Source: Candidatus Bathyarchaeota archaeon (GTDB lineage Archaea > Thermoproteota > Bathyarchaeia > 40CM-2-53-6). Taken from it: DNA of 64,000 nucleotides. Both the position numbers and the translations under genes were made by a program. Positions 1-8,572 of the stretch are shown here, one piece after another. How positions within the stretch are numbered: position 1 is the first letter of the stretch; every line of letters begins with the position of its first letter. Location of the stretch: the NCBI GenBank assembly GCA_963706285.1, contig CAVPLU010000008.1, positions 1 to 64,000 of the forward strand, written 5' to 3'. The notes beneath the pieces are model-generated. The model made no database searches. It saw nothing but the letters and a program-made list of their open reading frames with translations, and had not been told where the DNA came from.

Positions 1-1110
1 CCGATCACTTTGGAGCTGCTGATCAACATCTTCAAAGGTCAAGGGCAGCTGCCAACGCGGTTGGCGGAGATCTACGAACGCGGCCGTCCCCTCCTGTGTG
101 AAGAAACTCCGGGTCGAATCGAGGTCGCCCTGCGTACACGACTGACCGGTCGACAGCAAGTCGCAGTCGCGTCGCGCATCGCCGTGGTCTCTGATGCTTG
201 GCAACGGTCTTGTTGTGCGATCGAGCGTCGACCGTGGAGATATTGAGCCGGGTGACGTGCTCGCGTCCGATCTGACCGGGTACGCGGAGTCAGTTGACGG
301 CACGGATGTGCCCGTCGACGAGCTCGTGGGACCTGAGACCACTTTATCTGGGCTCTTTTCTTTCGGCGGACTGGAACGGCGGACCTTCGCTCATCAGACG
401 TACATGGAGTTCCTCGTTGCGCGTTACCTGAATAACGCGGGGTTCAGCAAGAAACAGATTTACAACTTGATTACCGTTCCCGATGAGCAGGAGCTGACGA
501 TCGTGCCGCAGCTTGAGGAGATCGCTGCGTGGCTCGCCAGCATGACCGCTGAGATCTTCAAGGACATCCTTGGGCACCAACCGGAGATCCTTGTGCGAGG
601 GGACATCGCAACCCTCGATGCCGAAGTTCGTCGCACATTGGTGGACGCGCTCCTGGCCCGGGTGAGTAGCCGCGCAATGGCTGACTGGTTTCAACTCTTT
701 CCCCACCTCAAGAAGCGGGGTCACCCCACGCTCTCCAATCAACTGCGGGGTTGGCTCAGTGATACTCATGTACCCGAAGTTCGCGAGGCTGCGGTTGACA
801 TAGCGCGGTCGTGCTCTTGTTCCGACCTCACCGAAGAGCTGGCCACGTTTGCGCTCGATCGATTGCAGCCAATGGAGCTCCGCGAGCGCGCGGCGGCTGC
901 GGTTGCGACAATGGAACGCCGGCTGCACGACTACTGCTCAAGCCGCTCGCGCGAGGGGAGGCAGGCGACGATCCGCGTGACCAGCTTCGCGGATACGGGC
1001 TGCGCGCCGTCTGGCCTGATCACATGTCGGCGGAAGAACTGTTCAGCTGCCTGCATCGGAGGCGGGATGATCACTTCGTTGGGAGCTATTGGATCTTCTT
1101 GCGACACTCC
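1..1110 (+). pseudogene. C-terminal part of a NACHT/STAND NTPase-associated protein, frameshifted and 3'-truncated; starts upstream of the window
   Basis: PITLELL at the window start resembles the post-ATPase (N)PLxL helix. FAHQTYMEFLVARYL is a NACHT winged-helix motif, followed by IVPQLEEIAAWLA and HEAT-like repeats. The reading shifts frame near 180 and 910, and protein-like sequence stops near 1110. Visibly GC-richer than the rest of the window. Confidence 0.6.
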
Positions 1111-1581
1111 GACTTCACTAGTCCCAAAACAAGTGCTTGGGGGATAAGTTCATGGATCGAGGACACGAAAATCCCCTCTATCCGCTCCACTCTGCGGGGC
1201 GAAGGGCAAGGATCGGCGCCGCTCGGTGCGGACAGCAGCTCTACGCAGGACAGCGGTGACGCAGATGGCCAACGGTGGACGCACCGCTGCACCGACCGCG
1301 CGTTGCCGCGCAGTTCCATCCCGGCGTTGTCAGGTGCCAGTTACAATCCAGCAGCTCTCCAATACTGGATTTGACGAGCAGAAACCAATTGAGCTGAAGG
1401 AGAAGGTATACGAGGCTTTCTAGGACAATTACCAAGCGAAAGGCGCTCTACGGATAGATTGAACCAAATGTGATACGTCGTCGGTCTCTCGGCGCGCACC
1501 ACCACACCACTTTTCGACGGACGAGCATAGATTCCTGCTAGGCCAGACAGAGGTATGCAGGTGCCGCCTACGCAACGTTCT

Positions 1582-2171
1582 CTAGTATTTCCGTCCTTGT
1601 CTTAGCGTCAACAATTCATCTTTACAGATGCACAAGAAGTCTTCCAATTTCGTACGGCTTAAGTCGCCGCAACTCTCTCGGCAGATCTGAGACTTCGACC
1701 GCGGGAACTCGACCGTCGTAACCAAGGGCCTGCGCACCTTTCCGGGTTCCGCGGTGCAAATAGACCTTGGCAGGCAAAAGGTGAAGTTTTGCGCCGATGC
1801 GCGAAGCTGTGTCATAGATGTATAACTCACCAACGCCTTCCGTTCGGTGAAGCAAAATGCCTAGAAGATTGTGCAGTTCATCGAAGCTCTTGCATCGCCT
1901 AATCTTGCTTTCATTTCTGAGAAGAGAATCACATGCTCTCTGAAGAGTTGTTCTGCTCAGACGTCGCTGATGCGGGTGCTTCTTGTTGCGAACCCTCGCA
2001 AGTCCAGCGAACCGAATCGCTGACCTCAACGTACGCTGGGTGCTTGAACGAACCCAGTTCATCACTGCATCTATGACGGTTATTCATCGCATAGTCCTTA
2101 ACGATATTTTCCAGGCTCGTTTTGCCCTTCGTGCGAGAAGACCTAGTTCCGCAATATGGACTCTCGGTCAT
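1582..2171 (-). CDS. Conserved hypothetical protein with HhH-like motif (possible HhH-glycosylase/aGPT-Pplase-like fold); two frameshifts
   Basis: Joining three frames gives MTESPYC...KKHPHQRR...FDELH...EGVGELYIYDTASRIG...VYLHRGTRKGA...LKPYEI/EDFLCICKDEL. Confidence 0.55.
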
Positions 2172-2267
2172 ATGTCCGTTACAAGGAAGTGCTTCTTGTA
2201 TCCGTTTTGGTTGAGGCCTGACCCAAGAGGGGATTGACGCTTCCAATGTTTCAGTGTGTGTGTACCT

Positions 2268-2294
2268 TGGTGCGGGCACCCAAATTTGAACCCC
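2268..2294 (-). other. Degenerate tRNA 3'-end remnant (att-like)
   Basis: Minus strand reads GGGGTTCAAAT-TTGGG-TGCCCGC-ACCA. The T-loop to CCA spacing equals that of a tRNA, but the T-stem is broken and there is no 5' half. Confidence 0.45.
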
Positions 2295-2405
2295 AACTAG
2301 AGGAGTGATTCTGTGCAAGCCACCGGGTGCTGCTGTCCAGAATTGTGCTTCATGTATTCGATAGTTCGTCTTTCTCGGAGTAGACGATGATGCCAACCTG
2401 GTGCG

Positions 2406-2616
2406 CGAATCCCACCTCCCGCACCACTCCTGAGTGACGACAAGACCTCACCACCGCAAAGTGGCACCAAGAAGAACAGGCAAGAATCACGACGTGTACC
2501 GTGGGAGCGCCGTATCGGAGGATTTCTTAGGTCGATCCACCTATCATAACGCAGAAACTGGAGAAGGTTCCGCAACAAGAAGAGACGAGTGTGAATGAGT
2601 AGTATTAGAAAGATCA
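2406..2616 (+). repeat. Copy A of a ~210-bp diverged direct repeat: tRNA-Leu 3' end (att-like, 2406-2426) plus pirin upstream region and first codons
   Basis: CGAATCCCACCTCCCGCACCA matches 50261-50281 at 20/21 nt. Alignable similarity continues through GGAGAAGGTTCC...CAACAAGAAGAGAC...AGTGTGAA into the pirin start. Confidence 0.9.
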
Positions 2617-3515
2617 AAAGAATACTGAAGAGCAAGGCCACCATCGAAGGCGCTGGCGTACATTTGAAGCGGGCCTTCGGTTTCTATCACGTCCCTCAGC
2701 TAGATCCATTCTTGCTGCTCGATGATTTCCATTCAAACAATCCCGACGACTATCTGAAAGGCTTTCCTTGGCATCCTCATCGAGGAATCGAGACCATAAC
2801 GTACGTTCTACACGGCGAAGTTGAGCATGGCGACAGCATGGACAATAAAGGAGTCATTCGTTCCGGTGACGTACAGTGGATGACTGCTGGCAGTGGCATA
2901 ATCCATCAAGAAATGCCCAAGGGCCGGAAGGACGGGTTGATGTGGGGTTTTCAGTTATGGGCCAATCTCCCTGGTTCGCATAAGATGATGGATCCTCGTT
3001 ATCGCGAAGTCAAGAGTACACAGATCCCAGAGGTTACGGTGGAGGAAGGCGTCAAAGTGAGAGTCATTTGCGGTGAAGTAAATGGTGTCAAGGGTCCGGT
3101 ACGCGATATCGTGACTGATCCGGAAGTTCTAGATGTTAAGATTCCAGCCAAATCGAGATTTCTGCACAGTGTGGGACCTGAACATACAGCGTTCGCGTAT
3201 GTGATAGAAGGAAAAGGATACTTCGATCAAGGAAGGGATCCGTATGCCGTTGAAATTGAAGGCGCCAACTACTTCGATTTTGAACGAGACTGCTTGATCG
3301 GCCCTGAAAGTCTGGTCATGTTCGGTGACGGTGATCAATTATCATTCACAACCGCCGACGAGGCTGTAAGGTTCCTGTTAGTGTCAGGAAAACCCATTCG
3401 CGAACCGGTGGCATGGTATGGTCCTATAGTGATGAATACGCAAGATGAACTGAAGATAGCGTTTGAAGAATACCAAAACGGAACCTTCATCAAGCATAAG
3501 AAAATGAAGAACTGA
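2595..3515 (+). CDS. Pirin family protein
   Basis: DPFLLLDDF, GFPWHPHRGIETITY, VQWMTAGSGIIHQEMP, EPVAWYGPIVMNT. Confidence 0.95.
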   Translation: MSSIRKIKRILKSKATIEGAGVHLKRAFGFYHVPQLDPFLLLDDFHSNNPDDYLKGFPWHPHRGIETITYVLHGEVEHGDSMDNKGVIRSGDVQWMTAGSGIIHQEMPKGRKDGLMWGFQLWANLPGSHKMMDPRYREVKSTQIPEVTVEEGVKVRVICGEVNGVKGPVRDIVTDPEVLDVKIPAKSRFLHSVGPEHTAFAYVIEGKGYFDQGRDPYAVEIEGANYFDFERDCLIGPESLVMFGDGDQLSFTTADEAVRFLLVSGKPIREPVAWYGPIVMNTQDELKIAFEEYQNGTFIKHKKMKN

Positions 3516-3717
3516 AGAACCTGACAGAATCTAGAATTCACAGCATGATCCATCTTCATTCCAGAAATCGATCCTGTCGTGTGACATGTCACATATTATG
3601 TCGCTTGGATTCCAAAGCGAGAAACGTGAATTGCCTCTCAGCACGAGCGCTCGGAATGTTCTAGGCGGCTGTATCAAACCCAGCTGCGGCCCTCTCTCGA
3701 TGCCCAGCCTTCCGGGA

Positions 3718-4946
3718 TCAGTTCTTTGGTGGTCTGAGTGGTGTCTGCCACTTGGTCAGCATCTTCGTGGGCCATCCAACTGAAGCCAGATGTTCTACCA
3801 TCTGAGGCGTGGCTTCGCCTCTCGCCCTACGTCGTATGTCTTCCTTGGAGATGTGTCGGGGACAATTCGCCTTCCAGTCCCACCCGAAAAACTCGTACCC
3901 TCCCTCATGGATGTACAAGAACACAGCTCGCAGTACATCCTCATGTTTGTTATCACGTACCCATGATGGGATGTTCAGCAGCGTCAAGCCTTTCACAGCA
4001 TCTTCTCCGAGGATCGGTTCCATGTCTTTCTCGTCAATTATGTCCGCCAGGTGAGTGTGTCCATAGACCACGTTCACATTTTCCGCGGGCCCGTCTCTGC
4101 CGTGACTGAATCCTTTGAGGAGCCCGCAGGCTCGACCGGACCACCATCCTGCGAATCCTTCTATCGCGCCTATCCTATCGTATTTTCTGGACTTCACTTT
4201 GTTCCACAAGGGCCTCGCGATTGAGGTGAATATTCGTGGAAAACCTAGGAGCCCCAGCAGAACGGTCGCGACGGCTGACCCAGGGCCCTCCAGTTGAAGC
4301 ACCAAAGCGTCAGCCCCGCCAAGAACGCTAATGCGAAGAAGTATGAGTAGCCTCCAAAGGCAACCGCACCGTCCCTCAAGAGACCAACAATCTGATCCAG
4401 CCCTCCGCTCGCGACGAACAACTTGTCAAACTGTTGCCCGTGAAGGAACAGGTAAGCTGCGTCACCCACCTGCAGGACCTGCATGGCGCTCTTCGTTTCT
4501 TGCGGCGGATACGTGGACGCTGCCAGAAGCATCGAAGTAGCTCCGGAAGGGTAACTGCCGCCCGATAGCTCGGAGAGTAGGTTATCGTGGTTGCCTATGA
4601 CGTAGATCTTCTCGCATCGGACTTTCGAGAGCGTTTCGAGAATCGGTCTGGAACACATGTCTAACGCTCTCTCTGAAGAGTCCCAAAGTTCAAGCACATC
4701 GCCCAGCAAGATGAGCTTGCCCGGCGGTTCCAACTCCAGCTGCGCGGGCTCGTTCCCCTCGCCAGTCACCAGAGGCAAGGTCCAGCTGCCCTTCTCTTCA
4801 AGCTCCACGAGCCAATGAAGGAAAGCTGAAACATTCTCCGGTTCACAGGTCACCGATTGAAGATCTATTCCGAGAAACTTGCGTTCTCGCAACCCGAGGT
4901 GCGTGTCTGCGATGACTATTGCCGGCTTCGTCCTCTCCAAATCCAC
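3718..4946 (-). CDS. Calcineurin-like metallophosphoesterase with inserted transmembrane segment (frameshift near 4280)
   Basis: DTH, GDVLELWD, GNHD and HGQQFD in ORF 4245-4946; GHTH in ORF 3718-4305; hydrophobic stretch at the junction. Confidence 0.8.
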
Positions 4947-5059
4947 TCAGCCCCATTCTCATGTCACCAACGAGCAAAGAACTTAGCGTGCAGCTCTACC
5001 ACAGTCTGCGCAGCCTAGATCAGACGCCATCGGAGCAGACGTGGTTTCTATCTTGGTTA

Positions 5060-5133
5060 TGCATTCAAGTGCATTCAAGGGCGTATAGTGACGGTTAGTA
5101 TGCATTCTCAAGTTTGAGAAGTTACTTATAAAT
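5060..5133 (+). promoter_or_regulatory. Putative operator/promoter upstream of the AbiEi-like gene
   Basis: Tandem TGCATTCAAG x2 (5060-5079), inverted repeat TTCTCAA-GT-TTGAGAA (5105-5120), then TATA box TTATAAAT. Confidence 0.5.
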
Positions 5134-5299
5134 ACTAGCAATTATATGGAGCCATGGAATCAAGACCTCCAAGCTTGATCTTTCATAAGGTTCAGAGCCA
5201 TACGCCAAATTCAGCTATACTGTGAATGATCAGCATCTGCCCGTAGGCGATCTGGGGAAACAGCTTGCCGCAGATCCACGACAGCTGAAACGGAGGGGT

Positions 5300-5830
5300 T
5301 CGTTCTCGCTTTACTCACCCATACTGCCTAGCATATCATTCGGCATTGGAAGTCCATGGAGCTGCGAACACGGCAACCTACAATACAGTCGACTTGGCCT
5401 CGCCAAGGCAATTCAGAAGTTTCAGCTACGAGAGGGTACACTACAAATGGATACCCAGGCGAGAATTGATAGGCACAGAGAGAAGGATATGGAGCAATTC
5501 ACAACTCACAGTCACAGACAGGGAAAAGACGATACTCGACTGCATAGACCGCATAGATCTCGCTGGCGGAGTTGAGGAAGTCTTCAAAAGCCTAGTATCG
5601 ATGAAGAACATCAACTTCCACAGACTCTATGACTATGCAACCAGAGAACGCAAGAAAATCCTATTTCACAAGCTTGGCTTCTTCTTGTCTCGAAACGAGA
5701 TAAGAGAAAGCTGGCATCTCGACGACAAGAAATTAGAGTCGATACGGGCGAACCTGTCCAGCAAGGTCTACTACTTTCTGACAGAGAAAGGATCGGGAAA
5801 ACTGGAAAGACAGTGGAACCTGAGACTTGA
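5300..5830 (+). pseudogene. Type IV TA AbiEi-family antitoxin fragment (N-terminal wHTH missing, no cognate toxin)
   Basis: YCLAYHSALEVHG, VTDREKTILDCIDRIDLAGGVEEV, HKLGFFL and QWNL are AbiEi C-terminal hallmarks. Upstream frames are interrupted by stops. Confidence 0.75.
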
Positions 5831-5944
5831 AGTCGCAGTCTTGCTCAGGCACAGTTTCGATCTGATCGGACGCGGAAGTTGCTGCGAAGTACATCGGCGA
5901 CTCAATCACTCGCCTATGATCGCGAAGTCGACGGTCTCTTGAAT

Positions 5945-6355
5945 CTAAGCTTCATCTGCCCGAATGTTCGAATAGCGTCGTCCCTCTCTGTCGTGTAGGT
6001 TGGTGCACGCTATCTTGAGCCGTATTTTGGAGTCTTGCGGGCTAGTTGCCTCTTCTTCTAGGCTTGAGCCGATGATCCAGTTGCAGTTGACTATTGCCTC
6101 CCTTCCGAAATGAGTCGATTGCGTATCACATCTCGTCCTGTAGGCTTTCTTCTGTGCAGCACGATCGTAGACTTTGATTGTCGCGTGGTTTCTCTAGTCA
6201 ACAGATTCTGAATCCTCAACTCTCAACCGAAGTGGTTTTGGTACACCTAGGAGCTTCCTGATGTCCAATCTCAGAGCAGTGGAGCCGTAATCACTTAAGA
6301 CATGCAACGCGTCAAGTATCCGTTGTCTCTCATTCTCGAGCTGGTCCAGCTGCAT
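5945..6355 (-). pseudogene. Hypothetical gene interrupted by an in-frame TAG
   Basis: ATG at 6355 gives 53 codons (MQLDQLENERQRILDAL...SVD), TAG at 6196-6194, then 82 further open codons in the same frame to TAG at 5947-5945. Confidence 0.4.
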
Positions 6356-6387
6356 GGCAGTTAATTTTCCAAGTAGACTTAGCTTTG

Positions 6388-6405
6388 TACTATAACATTA
6401 TAGTA
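6388..6405. promoter_or_regulatory. Perfect palindrome TACTATAA-CA-TTATAGTA: putative operator and bidirectional TATA element
   Basis: 8-bp inverted repeat located roughly 30 bp from the divergent ATGs at 6355 and 6432. Confidence 0.65.
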
Positions 6406-7484
6406 TGCGAACTATACCAAGGGCGACCCCGATGGACGAGACTACTTTCAGGATTCTCGACACGCTGGCAAGAGAGCTGGGCAAGCCTCTATCCATACTG
6501 GAGCTCACGAGGAAGATAAAGCAGTTTCACGGCACTGCATACTACGCCAACATCTACGAGAAGCTTCGGAACCTTGCTGCTCACGGAACTATCAGTCTCG
6601 TCAAGGCGGGCAAGTCGTCGATTGTGAGCCTGAATTTCAGCGACTACTTTCTGCTCGACCTACTTGCTGAGATGGAGTTGACACGGAAGCGAAGGCTCCT
6701 GGAGAAGCGCCCCGAGCTTCAAATGCTCTGTGCAGATATCGACAGCCGCTGCAAGGATCTTCCATTTGTCAAGTCAATTTCGCTTATTCGTCCTGAGAGA
6801 AACATCAAGCTGAACAAGGCGGAGTTCTTCGTCCTTGTGCAAGGGCAAGGTAGTGAGGAAAGGCGTAGGCTGCGCGAAATCATCAACACTCTTCAGCGCA
6901 CGCACAGTATCAGAATTGATTATCTGCCCTTGACCGCTGGTGAGCTTCTTGAGCTGCTCAGCCTGGAAGAGACAAATCCGCTCAAGGAGATGCTGCCGGA
7001 TTCGATTTGCGTCTTCTCTCCTCAGGCTTTATGGTCCGAGATCCTTGACGCCGAGCGCAGAGGGCTCCGCATAAGGTTGGAGGAAGGCGACACCGATCCG
7101 AGGAAGCTCTCAGAGAGCGAGCTGGTGTACAATCTCGCAAGGCTCGGCTACAAGGAGCTCGGAACAGAGGCAAAACGCTCCAAGATCATACTCAAAGAGT
7201 TCCTAGTTACTTCTCTGCTCCTGAACGCGGACGCACGACGCATCGATGCGGTTCCGGTGATTCTTTCCAAGGGCAGGACACGATGGGATTTGATGGTATT
7301 CTTGGCGCAGAAGTACGGCACAGCTGCAAGGCTGTTCGGCCTGCTCAAAGCGTTGAATCGCATCAAGCCGACAGGTGAAATCGACGAAGCGATCGCCGCG
7401 TTTGAGTCGATGAATGTGAAGGAAGTCAAGGTGGACGAGAAGAGAATCGAAGGCAGGTTGAGGTTGTACAATGCCATTGGATAA
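6405..7484 (+). CDS. wHTH plus degenerate nucleotidyltransferase-like plus helical domain protein (putative TA antitoxin/regulator); start may be 6432
   Basis: N-terminal wHTH (LSILELTRKI...YANIYEKLRNL..GTISLVKAGKS). The central region follows MNT-like topology but lacks the GS/DxD motif. Overlaps the downstream NTase gene. Confidence 0.6.
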   Translation: MRTIPRATPMDETTFRILDTLARELGKPLSILELTRKIKQFHGTAYYANIYEKLRNLAAHGTISLVKAGKSSIVSLNFSDYFLLDLLAEMELTRKRRLLEKRPELQMLCADIDSRCKDLPFVKSISLIRPERNIKLNKAEFFVLVQGQGSEERRRLREIINTLQRTHSIRIDYLPLTAGELLELLSLEETNPLKEMLPDSICVFSPQALWSEILDAERRGLRIRLEEGDTDPRKLSESELVYNLARLGYKELGTEAKRSKIILKEFLVTSLLLNADARRIDAVPVILSKGRTRWDLMVFLAQKYGTAARLFGLLKALNRIKPTGEIDEAIAAFESMNVKEVKVDEKRIEGRLRLYNAIG

Positions 7485-8015
7485 GAGCCGGTTGGCAGAG
7501 TTCCTCGAAGCGATAGACAAGGAGCTAGATGGCATGATAACACTGGTGGCAGCAGGAGGTACGGCATTGACTCTCCTCGACGTGAAGCCGTCCACCATAG
7601 ACGTGGACTTCACTGGGCCAGCTGACAGCATACGCAAACTCAACGCAGCGGTCGAGAGGCTCCAGCCCGGTTCAGGGTTGACAGCTGGCCAGACGGAACA
7701 GTATTCAGCCAGACGCTCCCTCAAGACTATCTACAGAAGAGCATCCGAACCAAAACGAAGTTCAAGCACATCAAACTGAGAGCGATGCACCCGCTTGACA
7801 TTGTGGTCACAAAGATAGGTCGGCTCGACACAAGGGACTGGCAAGACATCGAAGAATGCATCAGGAAATTCAAACTACGCAGAGACCAGATCAAACGCAG
7901 GGCGGGCCAAGTGGAGTACGCGGGCAACGAGGAGATCTACGCGAGCAATCTGGAGAGCGTCCTCGCCAAGTTCTTCAGAAACAAGCACTCAGCCACGCAA
8001 GATCGCTCAGCATGA
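7471..8015 (+). CDS. DUF6036/AbiEii-like nucleotidyltransferase (frameshift near 7670)
   Basis: LVAAGGTAL...STIDVDF N-terminal motif and HPLDIVVTKIGRLDTRDWQDI C-terminal motif lie in consecutive frames. Confidence 0.8.
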
Positions 8016-8077
8016 CTAACCGCAAAACAGGAAGTTCAGTGAAAGGAGATAAGGGCAAGTTGCCTCTATCTTGGTTC

Positions 8078-8572
8078 ATGTCGAATCGTAGGGTTGTTCT
8101 AGTTCTCGGTTCAAAGCACGACCAGACGTTCGCTGCGCCAATTCGATCATTTCTGGACCGGTTCAAGGTGGCGTGCGATCTTAGAGTAGCCTCAGCTCAC
8201 AAGGATTCAGAGAGGCTCCTCAAGATAATCGAGGAGTATGAGAAACTGGATGAGAAGGTCGTGTATATCACGGTCGCTGGTATGTCTAACGCGCTCTCGG
8301 GGTTTGTGGATTTCAAAACGAGGCATCCCGTTATCGCGTGTCCGCCGCAGTTGACGGACGCTTCGAATGTCGACATTTACTCGTCACTTAGAATGCCAAA
8401 AGGAGTCGCGCCACTAGTCATCTGCGATCCAGAGAATGCGGCGTTGGCAGCTGTGAAGATACTCGGTGAGTGCGACGAGAACTTAGGCCGTAAAGTCAGA
8501 GAGTATCAGAGAGAGATGCAGCTGAAGAACGAGAAGGCGGACCAAGAAATGCGTCAGGTCGGATCGAGTTAG
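8078..8572 (+). CDS. purE: AIR carboxylase PurE (class II-like)
   Basis: GSKHD, SAHK, AGMSNAL, PVIACPP, DIYSSLRMPKG, PENAALAA. Confidence 0.92.
   Translation: MSNRRVVLVLGSKHDQTFAAPIRSFLDRFKVACDLRVASAHKDSERLLKIIEEYEKLDEKVVYITVAGMSNALSGFVDFKTRHPVIACPPQLTDASNVDIYSSLRMPKGVAPLVICDPENAALAAVKILGECDENLGRKVREYQREMQLKNEKADQEMRQVGSS

Noticed and set aside
1255-1335. GC-rich imperfect palindrome as an integron attC site
   Set aside because: No convincing RYYYAAC/GTTRRRY pair with L boxes, no second copy and no intI.
1330-1462. Short frame continuing through TAG (…VYEAF*DNYQAKG…), suggesting amber recoding
   Set aside because: Many conserved genes here end correctly at TAG (purE, thermosome, tldD, hisA). 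This fragment lies in decayed DNA and no pyl genes are visible.
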